Below, in pieces: positions 14,600-27,745 of a stretch of 64,000 bases of DNA (positions within the stretch are counted from its first letter, which is position 1; each line of letters starts with the position of its first letter). A program made the position numbers and the translations under genes. The notes beneath the pieces were generated by a model, which was given only the letters and a program-made list of their open reading frames with translations, did not search any database and was not told the origin of the DNA. Source of the stretch: Eledone cirrhosa (lineage: Eukaryota). The stretch is from contig OZ024740.1 in assembly GCA_964016885.1 (NCBI GenBank), forward strand, positions 114,576,001 through 114,640,000, in the 5' to 3' direction.

Positions 14600-14790
14600 A
14601 GGGCGGTGGATTGGCAGTATCGGTAGAGGGTCGGACGCCATGCTTTCCAGCATAGTTACGTCCCTTTATGATCTGAGTTCAAATCCCGCCGAGGTTGACT
14701 TTGCCTTTCATCCTTACGGGGTCGATAAAATAAAGTACCAGTAATGCACTGGATAATTGCTGGCCTTGTGCCTAAAGTAGAAACAATTAT
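14600..14790 (+). mobile_element. tRNA-derived SINE, full-length-like copy (a 3' fragment precedes it at ~14510-14566)
   Basis: A-box-like TGGCAGTATCGG, B box GAGTTCAAATCC, conserved core and tail ggccttgtgcctaaagtagaaacaattatt. Confidence 0.85.
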
Positions 14791-15914
14791 TAGTGGAAAA
14801 TATCTTCAGTGTATTTCATGTTATTATATTGTCTTTTTTTTTTTTCTTTCTTTTTTTTATAGTCTTTATTGTTGTTTCGGTTGTGGTTTAGTTCCAGATC
14901 AGTGGTTTCCAGACTACGGTCTTCAACGCTAGTACTGAGTAACTGTGAGATAACTTCAACATTACAAATACTCTGTTGAAAACAAAATATACACTGGATA
15001 TTGGGTATCCATTGATCTATATATATAAATATTTCCTTTCCGATTGTTATTGTCGCTATATAACAATTTAGGAAGAAAGCAAGTTTAGTGAGGGGTCGTG
15101 AGGAAATTGATTTATGTAAGTTTATTTTCATGGGAATGAAGGGCTGGGGACCATCATTACTGGTTAAATGCATTACCATGAACACTCCACCTTTGTTCAG
15201 GTCATAGTGTGCTTTAAATATGATACAGATTGTAGTTAGGACATAGCTTCAGATAGATTTGGTTACCACAATACTATTAATCTTGTGTGAAATTCAGACG
15301 AATATATCCACCATAGAAAGGTAATCAACTATCGTACAAAGATCATCAGGGAGTTTCAGCAGCGACACCTAACTTTAGAGTTGCTGTTTAGCTTGAGGTC
15401 AAATCTCACTGAGCAGACCTATCATGAAACAAAGGGTTTATCTTTTTTATATATAACTACGACTGTATATACTTCTTATTCAATATAGTAGTAGACATGT
15501 CATGAACGGTACTAAACTATCACTATCGCATGTTAATTTTAAACAATGGCAGTGAATCTGTCGTGGGGATAGAGTCTTCAAGCACACCTTCAAATGTATT
15601 TTCAGATGAAATGTTCACACACACTTTGATATCGGGAATAAAATTGAAGCAATTCATCCATTGCATGTTAGTTACACTATAGATTGCAACATATTGAAGA
15701 AGACACGTCCCAATTGTAAATGTTATAGTCGATTGGATTGACGTTTCTATATTATGTTTAATATAAAGCTTCGAGATAGATAAAAGAAAATGAATTCTTA
15801 AGAGATTCGATTTTAAAACATAGAACAATGAAATTAATGATTATTGCTATGGTGGACTTTAATCAAAGCCTTCTTTCAACTTACAATTTTCATAATTCGA
15901 AATATATTAATAGA

Positions 15915-16686
15915 ACTTATAAATGAAGCTCTTGTTCGAAGTGGATTTGTCGATAAGGTAGCATATACAGAGTACGAAAATAGACCTAGAAGAAATAGAT
16001 CCCGTCGCATTTGTTGGTTTAACCCACCATATAATATGGAGGTGGCCACACCATTAGCTAAGATCTTTCTTTCCCTTATTACGAAGCATTTTCCCCCTAC
16101 ACATAAATATAGTAAAATTTTGAATAGAAATACTATTAAAATTTCTTACTCTACGACTCCTAACCTTGCACATAACATCACAGCTTCAAATTTAGCTGAA
16201 CTACCTAGCCGTAGGAACACATGCAACCCTGTAGTTAGTACTAACTGTAATTGTAGGAATCGGGCTGATTGCCCCCTATCCGGGAAATGCCTCTCTAGTA
16301 ACATTGTCTACAAATGTAAGGTTGTAACACCCACGTCCCGTAGGGCCTACATAGGGTTAACCGCCAATAGTTTCAAGCAGCGTCTTTACATGAATACCCA
16401 TTCTTTTCGTTACCCTCTAAGAAGGAATATGACGTCACTTTCAGCTTATATCTGGAGTCTAAAAGACAACCACACCCAATATAAGTTACACTGGGAGATC
16501 CTAGCTAGGGCTAGATCGTATAACGGAAATAAAAGACCATGTGACCTCTGCGCCGCTGAGGCCCTGGAAATACTCTACGCCACAGACCACATCTTAAACA
16601 AAAAATCTGAGGCAATTTCGGCTTGTAAACATAAATTGCACAAAACTTTCCTGTATTACAGCCCCACGTTATACCCTAACGGATAG
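15915..16686 (+). pseudogene. 5'-truncated Penelope-like element: RT thumb/linker and GIY-YIG endonuclease
   Basis: NEALVRSGF, RRICWFNPPYN, CNCR..CPLSGKC, IVYKC..AYIGLT..FKQR..H, CDLCAAE; non-coding 3' region continues to ~17770. Confidence 0.85.
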
Positions 16687-17270
16687 CACGATCTATACGT
16701 GGATACTTTACGTCTTGATGTGGGAGCTAAGTATATGTTTTGTTTATTCCTTTACTTATTTGCATAGGTAAGTATATATTACCCGTATGTTTTGTGAAGG
16801 TATGTATACCTTCTCGTATGTATATTTGACTGTTATGGCGTATAATTTTTACATATTCTGGCATTTAGGGTTTGGCTATGTGTATACGGGAGTTTTGCGT
16901 CTGCGTGAGTATGCAGGTTCGTACGTATGGTGGGTGTGTGTATATGTGTACTTCTTGTTTTAGTTGAATTACGTCTCCGAACATTCGTGTATTTATTTGT
17001 AGGTATGTGCGTGCACTTGTTATATACGTATTTATTTACTTATATACGTTTATATAATTATTTATTTATTTGTACACAAGCATACACACACACACACATA
17101 TTTATATGTGCGTGGTTTTGTATACCTATGGTAAGGTTTTGCTGATGCTTGTGTATGTACGTATCTGTTTGCGTGTATGTATTTATTTGTTTCTATTACT
17201 TCTGTATTGTATTTATTTACTTTGTTCTTAACCCTGTAGCGGAGATTCATTTGGTCTCCTAGTTAGAATT

Positions 17271-17530
17271 TTAGTCTACAACTTCTGCTATACCATTTAC
17301 GTGGTTTTGTCTTTGCGTGCTATTGTTCTCCACGCTCCACATATGACTTATTATCTTCGTTTTTTCGTTCATTGCCAGAGAACGTCTCTATGCACCACCT
17401 AAGAGAACATTAGTCTACGACCTCTTTTATACCATAAACGTGGTTCTGTCTTTGCGCGTAATTGTTTTTCACCGCTCCTATTAATGACGTATTATTCGTT
17501 TTTTCCCGTTCTTTGCCAGCGAACATTTCC
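17271..17530. repeat. Diverged ~140-bp direct repeat pair in the PLE 3' region
   Basis: tagtctac..tatacca..acgtggtt..gtctttgcg..ttgccag repeated at 17271 and 17411. Confidence 0.7.
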
Positions 17531-17597
17531 ACGAACCAAAGTATCGTCTTCCTGTCTTCCTCCGGTTGCAACGTTTTTTTGAAATATCCAGTTATGC

Positions 17598-17774
17598 GTT
17601 TACAGATTGACTTTTTTAGTTTCAGAAGATCCCGTTAAGGATGAAAGCAGCGATTCTTTGCTTAAACTTTAATCTGTTATTTTAATAAATATGTGCTCTA
17701 CGGTTCTTATATATTTGATATATATTTTCCTTATCGAGCCCTCTTTGGATTTTAGTCTTCAATTTTATTATTAT

Positions 17775-17834
<60 letters not shown>

Positions 17835-19023
17835 GAGAGTAACGTATAGGTTTTACTCATTTACCAGGGGGAATTTAGCTCAATGCAATGATAGAATCGA
17901 GCAGAGCCAATGTATAATTATAATGGATTTACAAACCAAAATTACAAGTTTACGACATTTAATTACTGACAATTGTTTCTTCCTAGAAGAATATGCATCA
18001 AACAGCAAATTATTTTATTCAACAATCTGCTGTTAACACAAACCCTAGGAATCATCAGAGTTTATTAAAATATAAAAAAGGGATTAATATAATATCACGA
18101 CAAAAAGCACTCAAGAACAGAATATAATAGATAATATGTATAACTTATCGAATCACTTAGCAGGCCAACAGAATAAGGTATCAGATATGTTACAATAATT
18201 AAATGATTTTTGAAAGAATAGCAACTTTCCTATAATGAATTGAAAATTATATAGTTTTATCAAAGCAATATTCATGCTGAGCAGAAGAAATCCATCGATG
18301 CAATCAACATTAAATGATATTACCTGCAGAATTAATATTATATAAGAACAATATCTAGACACATGAGGATATCTAGAGTGATGAACAAATACCTAGTATG
18401 AATTGTGATTTGTTTTAACTATAACATGGTTTTTTTTCTATGCCCCAGCATGGCCTCAGTCGGATGGCTGGAACATGTAAAAGAGTAAAAGAGTAATATA
18501 TGTACATACCCGCCAAACGTTTCGCCAATTTGACCATCCTCATTTGAAAAAAGTCATGTGATGACATAGGCGAATTTCCTATTACAGTAGAATGCCTCAT
18601 TGTCTCCTATAGACTTCACTAGGTCGGATAATATTGAACGAATACCTACCGATGAAGGGATAATCCTGTTTTTTCACTCGATGCATTGTGCAATCCATGG
18701 TGCATCTTCCCGGAATCCCAGTAACCTATCGAAGATTTTTATCGATTTTTTCATTTTTTATCTATTCTTTTCTATTCAAGATAGTCCAGATTAGTCTTCG
18801 ACCTCTTTATATTTGTCGTTGTTGGCCACATGCATTTGGTCACTTTGTTTACAGATTGACTTTGTTAGTTTCAGAAGATCCCGTTAAGGGTGAAAGCAGC
18901 GATTCTTTGCTTAAACTTTAATCTGTTATTTTAATAAATATGTGCTCTACGGTTCTTATATATTTGATATATATTTTCCTTATCGAGCCCTCTTTGGATT
19001 TTAGTCTTCAATTTTATTATTAT

Positions 19024-19085
<62 letters not shown>

Positions 19086-20101
19086 GAGAGTAACGTATAG
19101 GTTTTACTCATTTACCAGGGGGAATTTAGCTCAATGCAATGTTAGAATCGAGCACAGCCAATGTATAATTATAATGGATTTACAAACCAAAATTACAAGT
19201 TTACGACATTTAATTACTGACAATTGTTTCTTCCTAGAAGAATATGCATCAAACAGCAAATTATTTTATTCAACAATCTGCTGTTAACACAAACCCTAGG
19301 AATCATCAGAGTTTATTAAAATATAAAAAAGGGATTAATATAATATCACGACAAAAAGCACTCAAGAACAGAATATAATAGATAATATGTATAACTTATC
19401 GAATCACTTAGCAGGCCAACAGAATAAGGTATCAGATATGTTACAATAATTAAATGATTTTTGAAAGAATAGCAACTTTCCTATAATGAATTGAAAATTA
19501 TATAGTTTTATCAAAGCAATATTCATGCTGAGCAGAAGAAATCCATCGATGCAATCAACATTAAATGATATTACCTGCAGAATTAATATTATATAAGAAC
19601 AATATCTAGACACATGAGGATATCTAGAGTGATGAACAAATACCTAGTATGAATTGTGATTTGTTTTAACTATAACATGGTTTTTTTTCTATGCCCCAGC
19701 ATGGCCTCAGTCGGATGGCTGGAACATGTAAAAAAGTAAAAGAGTAATATATGTACATACCCGCCAAACGTTTCGCCAATTTGACCATCCTCATTTGAAA
19801 AAAGTCATGTGATGACATAGGCGAATTTCCTATTACAGTAGAATGCCTCATTGTCTCCTATAGACTTCACTAGGTCGGATAATATTGAACGAATACCTAC
19901 CGATGAAGGGATAATCCTGTTTTTTCACTCGATGCATTGTGCAATCCATGGTGCATCTTCCCGGAATCCCAGTAACCTATCGAAGATTTTTATCGATTTT
20001 TTTCATTTTTTATCTATTCTTTTCTATTCAAGATAGTCCAGATTAGTCTTCGACCTCTTTATATTTGTCGTTGTTGGCCACATGCATTTGGTCACTTTGT
20101 T
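17598..20101. repeat. Near-identical tandem duplication, unit ~1251 bp
   Basis: Identical or near-identical ORFs offset by 1251 (18153/19404, 18415/19666, 18600/19851); junction near 18849. Confidence 0.95.
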
Positions 20102-20309
20102 CATGGCATCACACTTTCTTAACTTTATGTTTACTCTGGACGGAAATGAATTACATTTTCACACCATTGAGTGTTTTATGACTGCCTCAAACATTTCGAT
20201 TGCTAACGGCTATACTGTGGCTGCAACTGCCAGAAGGAGATGAGATTTGAATAAGAAACACGCAGTTAACACAAAGCTGATTCTTTAATAAATTCATCAA
20301 TTCGCCCGC

Positions 20310-20450
20310 TTCTCGCCTGGTAACTTATTTATCAACAGCGAAAGAACGAAGGGCAAAGTTAACCGCGACGGGATTTGAACTCACAGCGCAGAGAGTCAGA
20401 ACTATGACATAGCATTTTAATGCAATGCGCCTACATCTGCCAATTAGCCG
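20310..20450 (-). mobile_element. Diverged tRNA-derived SINE copy
   Basis: tttatcaac..gggcaaagttaaccgcgacgggatttgaactcaca matches the family. Confidence 0.6.
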
Positions 20451-20964
20451 CATAAACAACACGCAAAAACAGAACAAGTTTTGAGAAGTATTTCAAAGAA
20501 CATTCGTATCATAATGAATAATACTAAGCTATGCGTCAAAGAGGATATTTCTTGTGATTTTTCAAATAACTAGTATGATTAATTTTACGTAATTATACAA
20601 CAGTTATCTCATTATTAAAGATAAACAAACAAGGTCTATGATTTAACATTTTGATACTTTAACATTCTATATTTTAATTGCATAATAATTTTAATTGATG
20701 ATCCTATCAGAAAAATTAATTTGTTTATACTAGTAAAAATTATACGATTATAATAAGAGCAAACAAGCATTATGTTACAACTATTGGAATCACCACTAAT
20801 TCAGAGCAAACTAAAAACCAATGATAAACGCTTATATCAAATATATTGCTTGCTCGTTTTCAAAAGAAAATTACTTATATGTTCAGATTAATAGAATTAA
20901 AGTAGTGTAATAAATAAAAACTTATGATCTCTTTATATACATACGTGCATACATAGATATACAC

Positions 20965-21168
<204 letters not shown>

Positions 21169-21604
21169 TATATATATATGTATGTATATATGTATATATG
21201 TATATATATTTGTATATATATATATATATACATACATACATATATATATGTGTGTGTGTATGTGTGTGTATGTATGTGTGGGTGCTAGCGTGTGTATATA
21301 TATATATAGGAAAGGCGGGAGGGTGAGAGATAGAAATAAGAAAGATAAGGAAGGAAAAGACAAACAAGATTCCACGAGTGATCCCGGAGTAAAACATGGC
21401 TGCATTCGGTTGTTTATGAAATACCCAAATTGGCTTGAAACTGGTCCGGCCTTTGCCCCTTCCACACTGCATCCAGATATTGTGTACAGAGATATTGCCT
21501 CTCTCTCTCTCTCTATTTGATATAGGGTTGACTAATATCCATACAGATATCCGGCAGTATATAGTTTACGTGTATGTGTATGTGCGTATATGTAGACCTG
21601 TGCA

Positions 21605-21695
<91 letters not shown>

Positions 21696-21878
21696 GTGTG
21701 TGCGTGTGTTTGCTTGTGAAGATAATGAAATATTCGACTGATAAGTATGTTTATGTGACGTTTTATCATAGATCACTCAATACCTATTTAAATTTATGTA
21801 CTTTCGCTAACTCAAAATCGCTGTCATATCCACAGACACACAATGTATGCATACATTTTTACGCAAACACTTACATGG

Positions 21879-21943
<65 letters not shown>

Positions 21944-21968
21944 AATATATATATTTATTTTATATATA

Positions 21969-22090
<122 letters not shown>

Positions 22091-24250
22091 CATATATATA
22101 TATATATTAATTTTGGCTTTCCTTTCATAAGTTAATATATTTAATAGCTTTGTGGCTTTGAAATCAATTTATCTTCATTTTTATATCGTATCACACGTTA
22201 CGTTTAAGTCTATAATATAATATTTTTATCATCACTCATATAATGTAAATATAAACAGCAAACATTGAAACAAAACAGCACCAAAATAATACAGTCAATA
22301 AATGAAGTATAATGAGGAAAGTGTATAAAATTTATAAACTCTTTCATTGATTTTTATTTGTGAAGGTTGGTGTGCATGCAAGCAGAAAACTACATAAGTA
22401 GATAAAATGTTATAACCATTAATATATAGTGTAGATAGAAAATGTACAAGAATAATACAAATAAAATAAAACATGAACGTGAATGTAACAAAGCGTAGAA
22501 TTAAAGAAAGAAAAGAGAAAATTTAACACTGCCTTTGAGGGCAAATAAAAATTTAGATTGAACTAAAGATTACAATTAATATATCCATATATCTTCTTGT
22601 TAATATAGGAGGGCTAAAAACATCAAAACTATAATCAAAACAGTTAACGCGATATTTTACTTATTGTTTTTGTCATTACGTTATATTTTCGGTGTGTTTG
22701 TTTTTCCCCGTGAAGAGAAAAATTATATATAATTTAATCTAATTAAATTAATAATTTGTTTATTTTTAAATGATGTTAAATTTAAGAATTGCATTACTAT
22801 AAAAGCTCATTAAGATGTAATTGTTTATTGATAAATGTTTTTTTTTTCCTTGTTTTTCTTTATTCTGTTAAAAGGTTGCTGCTGCATTTACTCTAAGGAT
22901 TTTAAGTGTTCGTGGTCGCTATTCAAGCTGCAAGAGGTAGCAGGGAAATCACCCCCAATTATACACATACATGCACAAACATAGATACACACGTACCTTT
23001 GCCCACCCCAAAATATGCTGGAATATTTGAATGGCTATAAGATATATTAATTTGCCTCAAACCTATTTCAGTCTCATCTGTAATCACCAGTATAAAGATA
23101 CTGCGGTTTGGTTAGTGATTGTACATATGGAAATATGGACTATTACCATTGGCTAAGGAAACCATTTAAATGAATGGTTAATTAGTATTTCTACGAACAA
23201 AAATACGTTAGAAATTTCGCCGCATGATCTTAAGGTTGTGGTTTTGGATTCTTGACCGGATGGGACGTTTACTTCTTGAGCAAGACGCTTCATTTAAAAT
23301 TACTATTTATTTGCCTGAGAAACCTCTATGAGATGCAACGTCGTAGCATGTCAGTTAACTCTGCTGTGCTGTAAGTTTCATAATGGTTTCACATGTCATG
23401 TATGTATAAATATTTATATATACATAAATTGTGTATACATAATTACGTTGACGGTGAGTAAGTATGTCCACAGCATTTATAGCATGATGACTGCAGATTG
23501 TCTCATTGACTCTGCTGTAGATCGGGTCCAAGTGAAAACCAAAATTGGACGTCTGGCTTCACCTCTGGTATCAGTCAAATAACATGGTCAGTGTTATCAA
23601 CACTTATATTGCTAAGAGGATACGTTATGGCTGAAAGCGTCGATGCTTTGTGGGTAACGTTAGCGGCCATCAAAGAAACAAAGCAATTATATTTTGGAAG
23701 TGTCCTTTTAGTCATTCACAAACCCTCAAAAGACAAAACTGTGGTTTAACATCATTTTTACCATCATCTTTATTTCAGTTACAGTACATCTGTTGTCAGT
23801 AACCAGATAGTACAACGAAAGGTTTCTCAATATGAAAGAAATGATAAATATCAAATGAGGTTACCTGTTGTGTTTGTTTTTGAATGGGGTACACGACTCT
23901 TCAAATATGTAATTGTTTTAATTTCAACACAGTCTTAGATCAAACCACTTGCCAGACAAATACTATTAGATAATATATTAGAGAAACCTATCCTCTCAGA
24001 GACCATGTACAATACCGGTTCGGCACGAACTGTACGGGCATGGAATTCCCGAAGTGAATAGATCTAATGTCAGCATATCCCTGGACCCTTTTACTATTTT
24101 ATTCATCAGCATCGCCTTCCTCAACATTGTAATAGTCATTGACGCTATCATCACTACAATCATCAACGTCATCATCATAATCACCGTCATTCATCATCAT
24201 CAATGTCTTCCTCTTAATGATCATCATCCTCATCATAATCGTCATCATTG

Positions 24251-24303
<53 letters not shown>

Positions 24304-24307
24304 TTCT

Positions 24308-24339
<32 letters not shown>

Positions 24340-24749
24340 TTCTTCTTCTTCTTCTTCTTCTTCTTCTTCTTCTTCTTCTTCTTCTTCTTCTTCTTCTTCT
24401 TCTTCTTCTAGTAAGACAAATTAAACACCTTTATAAAATAACCATGGTCATCACCATCATCTTAATCACTAGTTTTATTACACATATCATAGTTATGATT
24501 GCTATTACAAGCATTATCAGAAATATTATTATTTTCGGTCCTGTTTTCAGGTGATAACCGCAATGCACAGCTGCAGATATGCTGTTATCAAAGTAAACAG
24601 CTACCTCTCAAACAATTTGTCTCGAGCGCTCATACCAACAGGGTTGTCCTTTCTGCATGTGCTGGCTCTCTAATAACCACACCTGCAGAAGCTAGAGATA
24701 AAAAGAGGCCTTCCCCTCCTCGTGATATGCGAAAGATGACGTCATTATA

Positions 24750-25460
24750 ATAGTGGGGTATTTCAAGTAATTGGAGGTGGTCGGCCCCGCTCTAAAGCAA
24801 TATGAGGTGTCATTGGAACAAACACCAACCCAAACAAGCCAGTGGTTTGTGGTAGGGTAGCTTGGACAGTGTCACTAGACAAACGGACCAGATAAATTGT
24901 TTGCGGTCTGGTTCAATTCAGAATATCAGGTGAAAATAACTGGGATGAGGTTATAATCCGAGGGACTAGACTCACCTTGAAATAGAGATGATGGAAACTA
25001 TTCCTGAAAGCTCGGACAGAGATAGAGATTGCTTACATCGGCCTGTGGTCATTTACCCTCTGAATGTCTGTCCTTGGGATAGACATGGCTGAAGGCCAGA
25101 AGAGAATCATTCCTCTTCGGTCATGCTCTCACCGACGTTTTCAAGTTTCTCTTGGAAAGGAAGATGAATGTGCAGGTGGTGGTGCTCTCCTTCAGAGAAT
25201 TTACAAATATGTTAGTAAAAGTATCGAAAATGGCAGAATTGAATGCCTCAACACACAGCATATGTTTGCAGATCGTACAAGGTCAGTTTGGAAGGGTTGT
25301 TTCCCTTGATGAATAGACTGATATTTGAAGTACCTTAACAAGCCTTACATATTTTATACTCTAAGAGCTGAATGCCATATCTAATTGTATACTATATACA
25401 TTTTTTATCCATTTTGTTTTCCTGTCACATTGTACCTTGTCCTTGTAATGGTTCCTTCAC
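24750..25460 (+). mobile_element. Highly decayed Tx1-like fragment (RT pieces and 3' end)
   Basis: ggtctggttc..aactgggatgaggtt and ttttcaagtttctcttggaaaggaagatga match ORF2 of copies A-D. Confidence 0.55.
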
Positions 25461-25678
25461 CTGATGACATTGTCTAAAAAAACGAAATCATCACCAGCAT
25501 CATCAGCATCATCACCATCATCATCAATATCTTCATCACCATCATCATCATGAATATCATCATCAACATCACCATCATCATCATAATACCCATCAACATA
25601 ATTATGAACATCTTCATCATCTTCGTCATTATCATCATCATCAACATTATCATCAACGTCATCATCACCATCATAATC

Positions 25679-25718
<40 letters not shown>

Positions 25719-25770
25719 CCATCATCATCTTCATCAACATCATTATCATTATTATTATTGTTTTTACAAG

Positions 25771-25955
25771 GGATTGGCAGTATCAATAGAGGGTCAGACG
25801 CCATGCTTTCCAGCATAGTTACGTCCCTTTACAATCTGAGTTCAAATCCAGGCCGAGGTTGACTTTGCCTTTCATCCTTACGGGGTGGATAAAATAAAGT
25901 ACCAGTAATGCACTGGGTAATTGCTGGCCTTGTGCCTAAAGTAGAAACAATTATT
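25771..25955 (+). mobile_element. tRNA-derived SINE copy
   Basis: Near-identical to 14600-14790. Confidence 0.85.
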
Positions 25956-26083
25956 CTCATCATCATAATTATTTACTTTAATGTTATTATTTATATTAAC
26001 CCTGTAGCTAAAAGCCATAACATAGATCAAAGTTGGCAAGTTTTCAATTAGGCTTCCCACATCCACATCCACACACACACACA

Positions 26084-26158
<75 letters not shown>

Positions 26159-26223
26159 TCACACGCACAAAACCGCGTACACACACACGAACATATATAT
26201 TTATATTCGTATGTATACATACA

Positions 26224-26325
<102 letters not shown>

Positions 26326-26369
26326 TATGTATGTATATATACATATATATATATATACATATGTATATC

Positions 26370-26403
<34 letters not shown>

Positions 26404-26835
26404 CATACATATATATGTATATATGTATAATGATATATGTAAGCATATGTATATATACATGTGTATATATACATATGTATATGTGTATATATATATAAAT
26501 ATATATATATGTGTGTGTATATGTGCGTGATTACATATGTATATATATATATATATATATAAATGTGTGTGAGTGTGTGTGTGGGTTAGTGTTCGTGTGC
26601 GTGTGCGCGTGTCTGTGTGTAATATATAATATATGTGCGCGTATATATGTATGTATGTTGTAAAAAAATTGGTTGCTCTTTTATCGCCGAGTCTCGCTTC
26701 AATGATGTTTACTCGATTGTTAAAATAAGTTGTTTGATAATTCAATTCAGACTGAATATATCCACATTGATGATGTTGATGATAATGATGATGATGATAA
26801 TGATGATGATAATGATGATAATGATGATGATGATG

Positions 26836-26883
<48 letters not shown>

Positions 26884-26884
<1 letters not shown>

Positions 26885-27745
26885 GGGAAGAAGACGCACG
26901 AGGTGACGGAGGTCATGAAATCGCTCCCGTAAGTTTTGAATTTTTAACATATTTAAACCATTTGTGAAATAACAACTCTTAGTACAAATGCTACGTAAAG
27001 CACCCGGCTTGAGCCCCAAAAAATTCGGACCCAAAATATATTGTTATAAGGCTCAAATATTCAAATATTCAACTTTGTATTGTACACTGTATATCCAAAA
27101 AAGAAAATGGCTATAAATGGAAGAAGAACCCCCCCCCCCTCCTCCTCTGTATACACTATATAGAACAGCCAAACTCACCAACACCAGAAACTAGATACAC
27201 CACCCACCCTATCACCTGTGTACACTAAACCACCACCGATCACTACGGCCATCATTACAACCATTATCCCATCACCGCCGCCACCACCCCTTCACTCCTT
27301 CACTGCTGCCACCGCTACAGCACCATCGCTACAGTAATACGGTCACATCACCGCCACCACTGCCTCGGTATCGACATCACCACCACCACTGTCTCAGTAT
27401 CGCTACCGCCGCCAGTCTCCCACTTCTTCTTTTAGCTGGCTGCTGCCACCACACTATAGAATCCCTACTGCTAAAAAAGAGGAAGGCATCAAAATATATA
27501 GATAGACTCAAAAGAAAAAAGAAAAAATAAACAACAAAAGCAGCACAGCAACAACAGTAAAAAACGAGAAAAACAGAGAAAAACAAAAACAAAAAAAGAA
27601 ACCCCCAAAACGTAAAGAAAATAAGAATGAAGAGAGAGGCAGGCGGACGGACAGAGAAGAGGGGGGAAAAACTAAAACTTAAAAAACAAAAACTAAGTCA
27701 GACATTCGAATACTACATTACAATGAAACTTATGCTTATTCATTT
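26884..27745 (+). mobile_element. Probable 5' fragment (5'UTR plus deleted ORF1) of a Tx1-like element, following (AAT)n
   Basis: Layout resembles the 5' ends of copies B and C: tgacggagg..ctc(c)gtaag, cccaaaatat, A-run then ATGGCT; followed by Pro/Thr-rich coding-like DNA. Confidence 0.4.

Noticed and set aside
14600-14695. tRNA gene
   Set aside because: A/B boxes belong to a multi-copy SINE head; no complete cloverleaf
14899-15830. Decayed hAT element starting at cagtggtttcca
   Set aside because: Only one TIR-like end seen; no matching end, TSD or transposase motif identified
22875-22937. Possible host exon after a polypyrimidine tract
   Set aside because: Weak donor, short unrecognisable peptide and no supporting neighbouring exons
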